DNA of 63,157 bases, the filler included. It is 6 parts of 6 records of this genome, joined end to end, with 100 filler letters (N's around TTAATTAATTAA, not from the genome) between each part and the next. Parts side by side here need not be neighbours in the genome. Positions count along the whole stretch, not along the records: positions 21,943 to 29,380 come from DRR378314_703; positions 29,481 to 43,948 come from DRR378314_705; 4 more parts are not named here. The stretch is one strand, 5' to 3'. Of this stretch, positions 24,082-34,370 are shown in pieces. The position numbers and the translations under genes are program-made. How positions within the stretch are numbered: position 1 is the first letter of the stretch; each line of letters opens with the position of its first letter. The notes beneath the pieces were generated by a model that worked only from the letters and a program-made list of their open reading frames with translations, made no database searches and was not told where the DNA came from.

Positions 24082-24684
24082 ATGCTTGCTGTAACCGACT
24101 GGCTGCTTTTGATCGGCGTGTGCGCGCTGGGCGCCATGACGCCGGGGGCCAGCCTGGCGGTGGTGACCCGCCACACGCTGCGCGGCTCGGCCCGCGCCGG
24201 GGTCAGCGCCGGGCTGGCCCATGCCGCCGGCATCGGCGTGTACGCGGTCGCCACGGTGGCGGGGCTGGCGGTGGTGTTGCGCGGCTTCCCGCAGCTGGAA
24301 ATCGCCATCCGGCTGGCGGGTTCGCTGTTCCTGTTGTGGCTGGCGCTGGGCAGCTGGCGCGCCGCGCGGGGACCGGCGCCGGCGCCGGACGCCGGGGCCG
24401 CCGGTAATGCGGTGCGCGACGGCTTTCTGATCGCGTTTCTGAACCCCAAGGTGGCGCTGTTTTTTCTGGCGCTGTTCAGCCAGTTCGTGAGCGCGGACAT
24501 GGCCATGGCCGCCCGGGTGCAGGTGGCCGCCACGGCGGTGGTGATCGACGGTGGCTGGTACAGCCTGGTGGCGCTGTTGCTGGCGCGCGGGCCGGTGCTC
24601 GCGGCCCTGCGCCGGCACCACGGCAAGGTGGAACGCGCCACCGCGATGGTGCTGGTGCTGGTCGCGGTGGCGGTCTGGCTTTAA
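24082..24684 (+). CDS. LysE/RhtB family amino-acid exporter
   Basis: 'AMTPGASLAVV', 'RDGFLIAFLNPKVALFFLALFSQF', several TM helices; GAGGA RBS. Confidence 0.92.
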   Translation: MLAVTDWLLLIGVCALGAMTPGASLAVVTRHTLRGSARAGVSAGLAHAAGIGVYAVATVAGLAVVLRGFPQLEIAIRLAGSLFLLWLALGSWRAARGPAPAPDAGAAGNAVRDGFLIAFLNPKVALFFLALFSQFVSADMAMAARVQVAATAVVIDGGWYSLVALLLARGPVLAALRRHHGKVERATAMVLVLVAVAVWL

Positions 24685-24705
24685 GGCCGGCTCGCTGTTG
24701 TTCCG

Positions 24706-25908
24706 TTAAAAACGGAACAGCAGCCGCGCGAACCAGCTTTTCAGGTAGGCGGTTTCCGGAATCGCCGGGTGCACCGGGTGATCCGGCCCCTGCCCTTCGA
24801 AGCCGATCACCTGCATTGAGCGGTCGATGTGCCGGGCGGAGGAGCGCACCACGTCGAGCAGTTTGTCCGCCGGCAGGTGCATGGAGCAGGACGCGGAAAT
24901 CAGATAGCCGCCGGGCTTCACCAGCCGCACCGCCAGTTCGTTGATGGCGTGGTAGCCCGCCAGGCCGTTCTTGAAATCCTTGCGGCGTTTGATGAAGGCG
25001 GGCGGATCCAGAATCATCAGGTCGAACTTTTCGCCGTCGGCGAGCAGCTGCTTCATGGCGGTGGTGGCGTCGCCTTCCAGGGTGCGCAGCTGCTCCGCCA
25101 CGCCGTTCATTTCCGCGTTGCGGTGCATGTATTCCAGCGCCAGCGACGAGCTGTCGATGCCGGTCACTTCGGCGGCACCGGCCATGGCCGCCTGCACGCC
25201 CCAGCCGCCGCAGTAGGCGAACACATCCAGCACCCGGGCACCCTTGGCCAGCGGCGCCATGCGTGCCCGGGCGCTACGGTGATCGAAAAACCAGCCGGTC
25301 TTTTGCCCTTCGCGCAACGGCGCCTGGAAACGGCCGCCGTTCTCGTGCAGTTCCACGCTTTCCGGCACCTCGCCTTTGAGCGCACGGGTGTAGAGCGGCA
25401 GGTCTTCCAGTTCACGCACGCCGGCTTCGTTTTTGACCACGATATTGGCCGGCGACAGCACCGCGTCCAGGGCCGCCGCCACGGTGTCCAGATGGGCCTC
25501 CATGCCGGCGGTGCCCGCCTGCATCACCAGCGTGTCCTGGTAGCGGTCCACCACCAGCCCGGGCAGGCCGTCCGCCTCGCCGTGCACCAGCCGGTAGCCG
25601 GGCTGCGGATAGAGCGTCTCGCGCAACGCCAGCGCCTGCTCGATGCGCTTCTTGAAGAAACTCCGCGACGGTTCCTGTTTCACGTCACGGCTGTACAGGC
25701 GGGCGGCGATCAGTGAATTGGGGCTCATAAAGGCCCGGCCGAGCGCCTTGCCGCGGCTGTCTTCCACCACGCAGGCGGTGCCGGCGGGCAGGCTCTTGAG
25801 CGGGCTGTGAGCGGTATCCACTTCGTTGGCGTAGATCCATTCATGGCCGGCCTTGAGGCGGCGTTCCTCGTTTTTCTTGAGGCGCAGGGTAGGAGTGTCG
25901 TCGGTCAT
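24706..25908 (-). CDS. rlmI: 23S rRNA m5C1962 methyltransferase RlmI family (PUA + SAM methyltransferase)
   Basis: 'ERRLKAGHEWIYANEV', 'YRLVHGEADGLPGLVVDRY', 'GQKTGWFFDHR', 'VLDVFAYCGGWG', 'FDLMILDPPAF', 'DHPVHPAIPETAYLK'. Start taken at MTDDTP. Confidence 0.88.
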   Translation of the reverse strand: MTDDTPTLRLKKNEERRLKAGHEWIYANEVDTAHSPLKSLPAGTACVVEDSRGKALGRAFMSPNSLIAARLYSRDVKQEPSRSFFKKRIEQALALRETLYPQPGYRLVHGEADGLPGLVVDRYQDTLVMQAGTAGMEAHLDTVAAALDAVLSPANIVVKNEAGVRELEDLPLYTRALKGEVPESVELHENGGRFQAPLREGQKTGWFFDHRSARARMAPLAKGARVLDVFAYCGGWGVQAAMAGAAEVTGIDSSSLALEYMHRNAEMNGVAEQLRTLEGDATTAMKQLLADGEKFDLMILDPPAFIKRRKDFKNGLAGYHAINELAVRLVKPGGYLISASCSMHLPADKLLDVVRSSARHIDRSMQVIGFEGQGPDHPVHPAIPETAYLKSWFARLLFRF

Positions 25909-26120
25909 GGGTGGCTCGCTCGCGCAAAAGCGGCAGTTTATCACGGCACCGGGCGCCGTGAGTGCAATGACCGAGGATGAAGCCCCCGACATACCCTTTG
26001 GTATGCGCACGGCGCGTAGCTGGGCTACACTCGACCGGGTAACTCGGGTAAAGCCGCTTGCCCTTCCTGGCCGGGCGGCGAGAGATAATAACGAAGCGCT
26101 CAGCGCCCTTGAGGATCACC

Positions 26121-27356
26121 ATGCGTTTTTTCCAGCAGCGTCCCCCCTTTGTCCTGATGGTCGCCACCGGTGCCATGTGCACCGTGGTGGTGCTGGTGTT
26201 CGCGCGCCTGTGCTACGGCCTGGTGCTGCCAGCCATGCGCGACGGCCTGGGGCTGAGCTATGCCCAGGCCGCCAACCTGAGCACCGCCACCGCGCTGGGC
26301 TATCTGCTGCTGGTGATGGTGGCCGGGGTGTTCGCCGCCCGTTTCGGCGGCAAGCAGTCGGTGCTGCTGGGGCTGGTGCTGGTGACGCTGGGCTTTATCG
26401 GTCTCAGCCAGGCCAGCGACTACCGGGTGCTGCTGGCATTGATGGTGATGCTCGGCATGGGCACCGCCTTCGGCTACACGCCGTTGATTTCGCTGCTCGC
26501 CAACACCTACCCGAAGCGGCGCGGCTCGGTGATCGGCTTTACCAACAGCGGCGTGGGCGCCGGCATGCTGCTGGCCGGCGCGCTGGTGCCGGCGCTCACC
26601 CAGGCGGACACCAGCGACGGCTGGCGCCATGTGTGGCTGAGCTTCGCCGCCGGCGGCGCCCTGGTGACCACCCTGGTGCTGCTGTTTCTGCGCAACCCGG
26701 AGCGGCCCATGGCCGCCAGCACCGACGCCGCCACCGGTGTCGGCGGCCCCGGCGAACCGATCTTCCGTAACCCCCATGTGGTCACCGTGGGGCTGGTGTA
26801 CGGCGTGCTCGGGCTCACCTACATCGTGCAGGTCACCTTTATGTACAGCTTCGCGCTGGACGGCGGCCTGACGGCGCTGAGCGCCGGGCACCTGGTGTCG
26901 CTGATGGGGATTCTGTCGATCTTCGCCGGGCCGTTCTGGGGCTGGCTGGCGGACCGGCTGGGCTACTCCAACGGCCTGGTGCTGTCCATGTCGCTGTCGC
27001 TGCTGGCCACCGCCCTGCCGGTGATCTGGCCGCAGCCCTGGGCGTTCGCCGCCCACTTCGTGATTCTGGGGCTGTGCGTGGCGGGCCTGTTCACCTCCAT
27101 TCTGGCGGCGTCCACGGAAACCGTGCCGCCCCATCAGGCGCCGGTGGCGGTGAGCTTCGTCACCCTGTTCTACGCCACCGGCCAGTTCCTGGGGCCGGCG
27201 CTGGCCGGCCTGGTGGTGGAGTGGAGCGAAGGCTTCCGGGTGGCCTTCGCCGGCAGCTGCCTGGTGATGGTGGGCGGCGTCTACTTGTGCTGGCGCACCC
27301 GCCGCCACCAGGGCTACCGGTCGGTGTCGGCCAGCGCCTGCGCCGCCGGCGAATAA
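26121..27356 (+). CDS. MFS transporter (YbfB/YjiJ-like)
   Basis: About 12 hydrophobic helices, 'FARLCYGLVLPAMRDGLGLSYAQA', motif A-like 'WGWLADRLG'; GAGG RBS before ATG 26121. Confidence 0.9.
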   Translation: MRFFQQRPPFVLMVATGAMCTVVVLVFARLCYGLVLPAMRDGLGLSYAQAANLSTATALGYLLLVMVAGVFAARFGGKQSVLLGLVLVTLGFIGLSQASDYRVLLALMVMLGMGTAFGYTPLISLLANTYPKRRGSVIGFTNSGVGAGMLLAGALVPALTQADTSDGWRHVWLSFAAGGALVTTLVLLFLRNPERPMAASTDAATGVGGPGEPIFRNPHVVTVGLVYGVLGLTYIVQVTFMYSFALDGGLTALSAGHLVSLMGILSIFAGPFWGWLADRLGYSNGLVLSMSLSLLATALPVIWPQPWAFAAHFVILGLCVAGLFTSILAASTETVPPHQAPVAVSFVTLFYATGQFLGPALAGLVVEWSEGFRVAFAGSCLVMVGGVYLCWRTRRHQGYRSVSASACAAGE

Positions 27357-27847
27357 GTCTCCGGTTCGCAGCCGCTTTCCCAGTCCAGCAGCCAGGCCTT
27401 GCGCCCCACGCCACCGGCATAACCGGTCAGTGAACCGTTGGCGCCCACCACCCGGTGGCAGGGCACCAGCAACGACCAGGGGTTGCGCCCCACCGCGGCG
27501 CCCACCGCGCGCACCGCCGCCGGGCGCCCGAGACGGGCCGCCAGGGTGCCGTAGGTCCAGGTCTCGCCGGCGGGGATACGGCGCAGCTCCGCCCACACCG
27601 CCTGTTGAAAGGCGGTGCCCCGCCGCGCCAGCGGCAGGTCGAAGCCGGCGCGCCCTTGATCCTGGAAATAACCGCGCAGCTGCTCCGCGGCGCGGGCCAG
27701 CAAGGGGTTGTACGGACGGTGGGTCCAGGCGGCCGGGTCCGGATGGTATTTCTGACCCTCGAACCAGACGCCCAGCAACGCCCGTTCGTCGGCGGCCACC
27801 AGCATGGCCCCCAGGGGGCCGGGAATCGCTACATAGTCCGTCATCAT
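27314..27847 (-). CDS. ogt: Methylated-DNA--protein-cysteine S-methyltransferase
   Basis: 'GTAFQQAVW..L..IPAGETWTYG', 'AVRAVGAAVGRNP', active site 'VPCHRV', 'LTGYAGG'. Start overlaps the alkA stop (TGATG). Confidence 0.95.
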   Translation of the reverse strand: MMTDYVAIPGPLGAMLVAADERALLGVWFEGQKYHPDPAAWTHRPYNPLLARAAEQLRGYFQDQGRAGFDLPLARRGTAFQQAVWAELRRIPAGETWTYGTLAARLGRPAAVRAVGAAVGRNPWSLLVPCHRVVGANGSLTGYAGGVGRKAWLLDWESGCEPETYSPAAQALADTDR

Positions 27848-29298
27848 CACTCTCCTTTCTCTTCGCCTTTCTCCAGGCTTTGCCAAAGGTGCATCACCGC
27901 GTAGGCCCGCCAGGGGCGCCACGCCTCCGCCCGTTCGCGGGCGCGCGCCGGGGAGGTCTCGCCGAGGGCCTTGAGCACGCCGTAGTCGGCGGCGGGGAAG
28001 GCGTCCGGCCAGCCCAGGGCGCGCATCGCCAGATACTGGGCGGTCCAGTCGCCGATGCCGGGTAGCGCGCGCAGGCGCGCCAGGGTGTCTTCCACCGCCG
28101 CCCCCGGCGCCAGCACCAGATCGCCGTCGGCGCAGGCCCGGGCGAGCACCTGTATCGCCTTCACCCGGGTGCGGATAATGCCCAGTTCACCGAGGGTGTC
28201 GGCACTGCTCTCCGCCACCCGTTCAGCGTCCGGAAAGGTATGGGTGAGGCCGGCGAAGGGGGTCGCCAGCGGCTCGCCGAGCGCGGCGGCCACCCGGCCG
28301 GCCAGGGTGCAGGCGGCACGCACCGTGATCTGCTGGCCGAGCACCGCGCGCACCGCCGCCTCGAAACCGTCGAACGCGCCGGGCACGCGCAGGCCCGGAT
28401 GCGCCTCGGCGAGTTCGCCGAGCCGGACGCTCACTTCCTGCGGTTGGCAGCCGAGATCGAACAGCCGCTGCAGCCGCCCCAACACCTCCGGCACCGCCCT
28501 GGCCAGCGACGCGGACAGGGTCACCGCCAGCAGCGGCCGGCCCGGTACCGGACGCACCGCCAGCCAGCCGCGCAGCACCTGACCCTGGCGCGACAACGCC
28601 ACGGTGCGTCGGTAGACGCCGTCGTCCACCGCTTCGACGCCGGCGATGGCGCGCTGGCCGAGAAACGCGAGCAGGCGGGGCCAGTCCAGCGGCGGGCGGT
28701 AAGCGAGTTGGAAATCCAGGCTGTCCTGGTGACGGCTGGTCGGCAGGCGCCGCAGTTGCGAGGGCTGCAGCCGGTAGCGCTGGCGGAACAGCGCATTGAA
28801 GCGGCGCACGCTGCCGAACCCGGCGGCCAGGGCCACCTCGGTGACCGGCAGGCCGGTGTCGGTGAGCAGCCGCTTGGCCAGCAGCAGGCGCTGGGTTTGG
28901 GCGTAGGCCACCGGCGAGACGCCGAACTCGTCACCAAAGGCGCGCCGCAGGTGGCGGTCGCTGACGCCCAGCTCCGCCGCCAGGGCGCCGAGGTGGTTGT
29001 CGGTGAGGCCGCCTTCGTCGATGCGCGCCGCCACCGCCCGCGCCAGCCGGCGGCGGGCGTCGACACTGGCGTGGCCGGGGGCCAGCTCCGGGCGGCAGCG
29101 CAGACAGGGGCGGTAGCCGCCGGCTTCGGCGGCGGCGGCGCTGGCGAAAAAGCGGCAATTGTCCCGCCGCGGTACGCGAGCCGGGCACACCGGCCGGCAG
29201 TACACCCCGGTGGTCACCACGGCGACGAAGAACTGCCCGTCGAAACGGGCGTCGCGGGCGGTCAGCGCCTGATAACAGACATCGTCATTGATCCACAT
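27847..29298 (-). CDS. alkA: AdaA-AlkA fusion: Ada Zn-binding domain, AraC HTH and 3-methyladenine glycosylase II
   Basis: 'ARDARFDGQFFVAV.TTGVYCRPVCP', 'RPCLRCRPE', AraC 'VALAAGFGSVRRFN', 'RAVLGQQI', HhH 'LPGIGDWTAQY', 'DAFPAAD', 'WRPWRAYA'. Confidence 0.95.
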   Translation of the reverse strand: MWINDDVCYQALTARDARFDGQFFVAVVTTGVYCRPVCPARVPRRDNCRFFASAAAAEAGGYRPCLRCRPELAPGHASVDARRRLARAVAARIDEGGLTDNHLGALAAELGVSDRHLRRAFGDEFGVSPVAYAQTQRLLLAKRLLTDTGLPVTEVALAAGFGSVRRFNALFRQRYRLQPSQLRRLPTSRHQDSLDFQLAYRPPLDWPRLLAFLGQRAIAGVEAVDDGVYRRTVALSRQGQVLRGWLAVRPVPGRPLLAVTLSASLARAVPEVLGRLQRLFDLGCQPQEVSVRLGELAEAHPGLRVPGAFDGFEAAVRAVLGQQITVRAACTLAGRVAAALGEPLATPFAGLTHTFPDAERVAESSADTLGELGIIRTRVKAIQVLARACADGDLVLAPGAAVEDTLARLRALPGIGDWTAQYLAMRALGWPDAFPAADYGVLKALGETSPARARERAEAWRPWRAYAVMHLWQSLEKGEEKGE

Positions 29299-29346
29299 GG
29301 GGCCATCATAGACGGTGCGGGGGCGCTCGACTCGCCGTTTTCGGAC
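29299..29346 (-). promoter_or_regulatory. Putative leaderless alkA promoter (-10 TATGAT) with a candidate activator site upstream
   Basis: TATGAT at 29310-29305, 6 nt before the ATG; no Shine-Dalgarno; poor -35 (GAGTCG). Confidence 0.5.
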
Positions 29347-29351
29347 CTGGC

Positions 29352-29380
29352 TGTGGGAGCTTGCTTGTGGGAGCGGGCCC
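29352..29380 (+). repeat. REP-like sequence (TGTGGGAGC twice) truncated by the contig end
   Basis: TGTGGGAGC at 29352-29360 and 29366-29374 followed by GGGCCC, resembling Pseudomonas-type GTGGGAGCGGGC REPs. Confidence 0.55.
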
Positions 29381-29480
29381 NNNNNNNNNNNNNNNNNNNN
29401 NNNNNNNNNNNNNNNNNNNNNNNNTTAATTAATTAANNNNNNNNNNNNNNNNNNNNNNNNNNNNNNNNNNNNNNNNNNNN
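29381..29480. other. Artificial contig spacer
   Basis: N-run / TTAATTAATTAA / N-run. Confidence 0.99.
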
Positions 29481-29768
29481 GGCGATCAGCGCGGCGCTCT
29501 CCGCGCGCTGCTGGACGAGTTTGTGGCGCTCAAGGACGAGCTCGTGTACTTTGGAGTGCGGAATATTCACGCGACCTTGCCCCTGCAGCTCGGCCACCTT
29601 GTATTTGCCACTGTCTTCGACAGCGAAGAAATGGTGTCGCTTCGCACTGTGGATGCGGCTGAGTTTGCCGAGTGGAGCAGCGTTTTCCTGCACTTTTTGC
29701 ACTTTTTCCCGAACGTGGAGCAGCGGTTCCCGCAGTTCGCAGTTCTGCGCGCGCGCCTGCGCTCCTAG
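29481..29768 (+). CDS. 3' end of a hypothetical eukaryotic protein (5'-truncated)
   Basis: Open from the contig edge to TAG with strong G/C-ending codon use ('LRALLDEFVALKDELVYFGVRNIH...RARLRS'). Confidence 0.5.
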   Translation, partial: GDQRGALRALLDEFVALKDELVYFGVRNIHATLPLQLGHLVFATVFDSEEMVSLRTVDAAEFAEWSSVFLHFLHFFPNVEQRFPQFAVLRARLRS

Positions 29769-30799
29769 CCTGGCGAGCGCCCCGCTCCCCTCGATGGGTT
29801 GCAAAGAAGCGCATGCAAGCCCTCAACCTGGGTGATAAAGCCGCGGGAGCGTCCGCTGCCGTTGCTCGCAGCGTCACGGCAGCGAGAGGTCGCCCTGAGA
29901 TGCGCAGAGAAGCTACCAACTTGTTTTTTTTCCAGGGGGGGGAAGTACATCAACCGAAAAAGCTACGCGGGCGTTGGGGCTCGTTTGTGCTTACGTCGGC
30001 GGTGGACTCGCGCATTTTTCTCAAGGTCTTTTTTTCGTTTGTTTTATTTGCTACAAATACACTGCCTGCTGTAAAGAAGGATAAGCATTGCTAGGAGGCC
30101 GCCAAGATGTGCGCGCACGTTTCCTTGGTTCCTCTGACCTTGACACTCGCACGCGCGGCGGCTGTCGCCGCGGCTCGTACTCTGGCGCTCGCTGTACCAG
30201 CGCATATGTCGCTTGTGCCGACTGCACCAGAAATGGAGTGGCGACCACGGAGCCTCGCTGCGGCAGTCGCACGTGCACCTGCGAGGCGAAAACTCTCTGC
30301 ACTCTCTGCTGCGATACCTCGCTGCGCGCGCTCACGCAGGCCATCGATAGACCGTGCAAACGAGCGCATACGTAGTGCGCGCGAGGGCGTGCCTGCAGCA
30401 TTGGCTAGCGCTAGCCAGGTCAGGAGTGTGCGTGCGGGGCCAGGGAATATATCCATTCATCAACAACGCCACATAAAGAGGCAAAAGAACAGATAAGAGC
30501 ACCTGCGCGAAATACTCGCATCGTGCCCGTTCTATTGAGTGCACCTCGAGGTACTGCGTAACACATAAGATACTGAATCAAGAAGCTGCATTTGATGGCA
30601 AACGGCGCAGGGCAGCTCTCCGGCGCAGCGCCGCATTGCGGGCTGCTCCGCACGCAATCGCATAGGCCTCGTATCGCGCGTTTGCTGCGTTCTCGTGCAC
30701 TCGCTGGCTTCTGTGGCACCCCACGACCTAGCTATATCGACTTGACGCGTTATGTTTCAAATTATTAAAAACCCTTTCAAACAAAACGCCGTCTCAGGA

Positions 30800-33700
30800 T
30801 TAGAGTGCGGCACCGCCGCGGCCGCCGCGACCGCCGCGACCGCCACGCCCACCGCGCGCGCCGCGTGCGCCCCCACGACCACCGCGCGCGCCACGCTGCA
30901 CCACAATACGGATAGGCAGGGGGAAAGGAAAAAGAAAGAGCATCAAGTTAACGACGCGCGGTATTTCCACGTCGAGTGGAGATTGCTCCCACGGCTCTAT
31001 ACGCGCAAAAAGCCGAGGGAAACTATGTAGCGTGCATGTGGGCGGACATCGCCTAGAGCGAGCGATGGTCCACAAGCAACGGCGCCTTCGCGCTGTTCGG
31101 CATGTCACCAGCCCGTGGCGACGAGGAGCCGCCTCTTCAACGTACCGGCATGATCTTTTTCTCCTCAACATGCACCGTGTGCCCGCGGATCTCGTGCGGG
31201 CCACCCTGCAGGAATGCTGTGCGCTCTTCCGCTGTAGCGAAATCGATGTACGCAAACCCTTTCTGGGTAAGAGTCAGACCGCAAACGGTGCCGAATGCGT
31301 TTCCCAGCGCACGCAGCTCGTCCCCGGTGACGTCCTGCGGGAGATGGCCCACAAACGCAGCGGCGCCGGTCCCAGGCCCCGTCGCGCCATTCGAGTGCGA
31401 AGTCGAGTTCGACCAGCTGGCCTCTGCACAGATTTCCAACCAAAAAAAATGTGTAGGAAAATAACGACCACGACTTCGTGAGAAGAGGCACTACAGAATG
31501 CGACACCAAAAAAAAACGAAAATAATGAATGCGCAAGGATCGCCACAGATGGAGCAGCGGGTGGTTGGGCAGTGCAAAGTCCCGCAAACGCTCTCGCACC
31601 GCCGCGCAAACATCACCACGGCTGCCATTTCAGCACCTGCACACACTGCTTGACAAGAAGGAAGAATAACGCTCCAACATACAGCTATCAAAAGGAACTA
31701 CGGGCTATCGAGGCCCGAGCTAGGTTGCGAGCAGCTGTAGGGAGGAAGAGCCGGCGAGCGACGTGACGCGTACCATTTGAGCGAGCGGCAGCAGGCTTGG
31801 CAGCTTTGGCACCTGCTGCCGAGGGCGCGGTCGCGCCTCCCGCGGAATCCGCGGCGGGCTGCGCAACGGGAGACGCGGACGCAGTGCTCGCTATACGCGC
31901 ATAACTCATCCGACCTTGCGGCGGCGCCCCCTTTCCGCCCTTGGCACTTCCGGTGTCCGCTGCAAGCGGAGCTGCGGGGGTGCCCTCTGACTTGCTCTCC
32001 GCAGAAGGAGCCTGTCCATTCGCAGTCGCCTTTCCCTCTGCCTGCGCCGGTGCTGCGTCGGAAACGGGCTGGTTCGCCTTCGTAGCTGCGGCAGGAGCCA
32101 CTTTCGAGGCGTCAGCATTCCGGGCCGAAGATGACTAGCGGAGGAACAGGAGATCAACAAGAGCACAAGTACACTGAATGAGAACAAAAACGAAGGAAAA
32201 TAAAAAACACTGCGAGAACGAGATTGCTTCTGCACGAACAGAAGAGTACGCGCGCACCAAAGGCACTAACGAGGAACACTCGCATATCGCCTGGTAGTGC
32301 AACATGCTTTCCCAACCCAGCCATCGAGCAAAAATCAAAAGAATTGTCTACAACAACGAAGCGCCAGAAGAGAACATTCCACGATATGTGGCAGCTCGTG
32401 CACGACCGCGTAGGGCATACACCCTACTTCCTGCACGCGCTGGGAGAGTGCTCAATGCAACTGGAGATTTATATTTTCCGAATATCTAACTATAGAACTA
32501 TGGGCGCCAGGGCGCAGAGCGCATTCGTACGCATATATCCATCGCACGAGGTATTGATATGTAAAAAAGCAAGATTCTGTGGTGTGGCAAGTCTCGAGTT
32601 CAAGGCTGGTGCAATGCGAGTGGTCACCCAATCGACAAAACGGAGCTGTGATCTGCTACACCATCGTTTCGCGACGCGTATATCGCAGACAGCAATTTAA
32701 AAGTACGAAAGGGCAGCGTAAGGCAAAACAAGAGAGCAGATCACCGGGACACACCTCATCCTTCTTGACCTTGCCTGCCTTCTTCGTCTCATCTGCAGAC
32801 TTGGCTGGCGAGTGCTGCTTACCAGCAGCAGCCTTCGCCTCCTTTGGCGGAGCCGCCGACTTTGCAGCAGGGCGTTCCAAAGGCTCCTTCGCAGCTGGTT
32901 TCTTGCCCTCTGGGACAAAGAAGAGCACGTCATTCACTACATAGTAGCCAGACGGCGACTGCGGCGCGAGGACAAATGTCTGTACACAAAAGAGGTGCAA
33001 GAAGCGCGCGCCGTGCAAAGGTCAGCCGGAACAGCCACGCAGCGCTCGCTATGATGCGCGTGACAACGTTCGCGATGCCGCCCATCGGAGAGCAATTCCC
33101 GAGCCAGCACAGGAACGCGCAACGGCAATAGAGAAACAGCCACGATGCACATTCCTATCACTACCAAGGCTACACGCGGACGGAGACCAGTAACCCAGGT
33201 CACGCTGATTCCATTTCGTTTCCCTTGTGAGCTGCACATACTCGTGCACTGACGAACCTGGGTAAATTGCGAGAAGCCTTCGCCGTGCCCTGATTGACGC
33301 CCGTACACATGGACAACAACGCTGCGGTCACGCGATTCCTGGCACACGACCTCTTGCACGTCCGTCTTGCAGCTCTTCGCCCCGATTTCCTTGAAGAACG
33401 ACGAGATCGCCTAAAGCACGCGTATTTTTTCCAGGTATAAAAACGTCATCGTAAGTCAACTCAGCGCTGGTTCTGTTCAAGTGGCCCATTTTCCCGCTCA
33501 AAAGAAACGAGCACGAAGTGTACAAGAACAGCGAATTGCTCCAAAGTAGCCAGCGCATATCCGCACGTTCTGCACACGTTGCGGGGAGCCACGCGGATAA
33601 ACAGGTTTGCGCAACAATGTGCGAAACTGCAAACTGTTCGAGAATAACGCAGCGCGGCGGCAGAGCGCTCCGAAAGGCTTGGGAGGAAGAGCGAAGCCAA

Positions 33701-34370
33701 GCATGGTATACAGCCTACCGCGGCGCCCACTCTCCTATGCGAAAGGCCTCGGCGAGCAGCGGAGGAAGCGCGGGGAGCGCGTCTTCGACCAGAATCCTCG
33801 CGTACTGCACCAAGCCCAATGCGAGCATGAGAACGCTGCATCGACATATGTACGCTGATAGTGGCTCATATGCGGCAAAACCGCTCACCGGGGGGACGAA
33901 TGTTTCTCGGAAGTTGCTCGCGAGCTTAGCAAGCAAGAAGTTGCGCGTGCTGCAAGACTACGCGCGTCCTCGTGAGGATTCTACGGCAGGAGTCCTGCAC
34001 TCTACCCAGATGGAGTTGCGAAGCAAACACACAGAGCTTCGCCAGTGTGGTGAATATGAGAATATCATATACTCACAAAATGGCAGCAAAGTGCACCGCA
34101 AACAAGAGAACGACTAGAGACGGTGCTAGGCTCGACCGCGAAGCCGCCCAGGCACGACAGGGCACGCGCGCGCAGCAGCCGAGCGCGTGTGGAGCTGCAG
34201 CGTTGGAGCCAACGCACCTCGTGCCCCGCGTGGACGGCCTGCTTCCCGTCAGAATAAAACGTCAACGTCGAATCATCCTTGTACAGCAACGGCAGCTGCG
34301 CGGGCTCGCCGTGCTTTAAGACATAGTATGTCCTAACGAACTGGTTGCCAATGTCCGCGGCGGACGCCAT
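30800..34370 (-). CDS. G3BP: G3BP/Rasputin/Nxt3-like stress-granule protein (NTF2 + low-complexity linker + RRM + RGG), 6 coding exons
   Basis: NTF2 'IGNQFVRTYY...LYKDDSTL / SVVVHVYG..FSQFTQ / TFVLAPQ..GYYVVNDVL'; 'MSYARIA'; RRM 'AFVGHLP...KGFAYIDF...VHVEEKK'; terminal exon of RGG repeats ending TAA at 30800. Confidence 0.92.

Noticed and set aside
21943..29380. Bacterial island horizontally transferred into the eukaryote
   Set aside because: Bounded by artificial spacers, with no introns and with bacterial RBS/operon structure; no evidence of physical linkage.
29481..29804. Minus-strand ORF with vague POLE2/DPB2 resemblance
   Set aside because: The plus-strand frame shows the codon bias and a proper stop; the minus ORF is more likely its shadow.
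31420..34220. Intronic snoRNAs in the long G3BP introns
   Set aside because: No convincing C/D or H/ACA box pair with terminal stem seen by eye; needs an Infernal scan.
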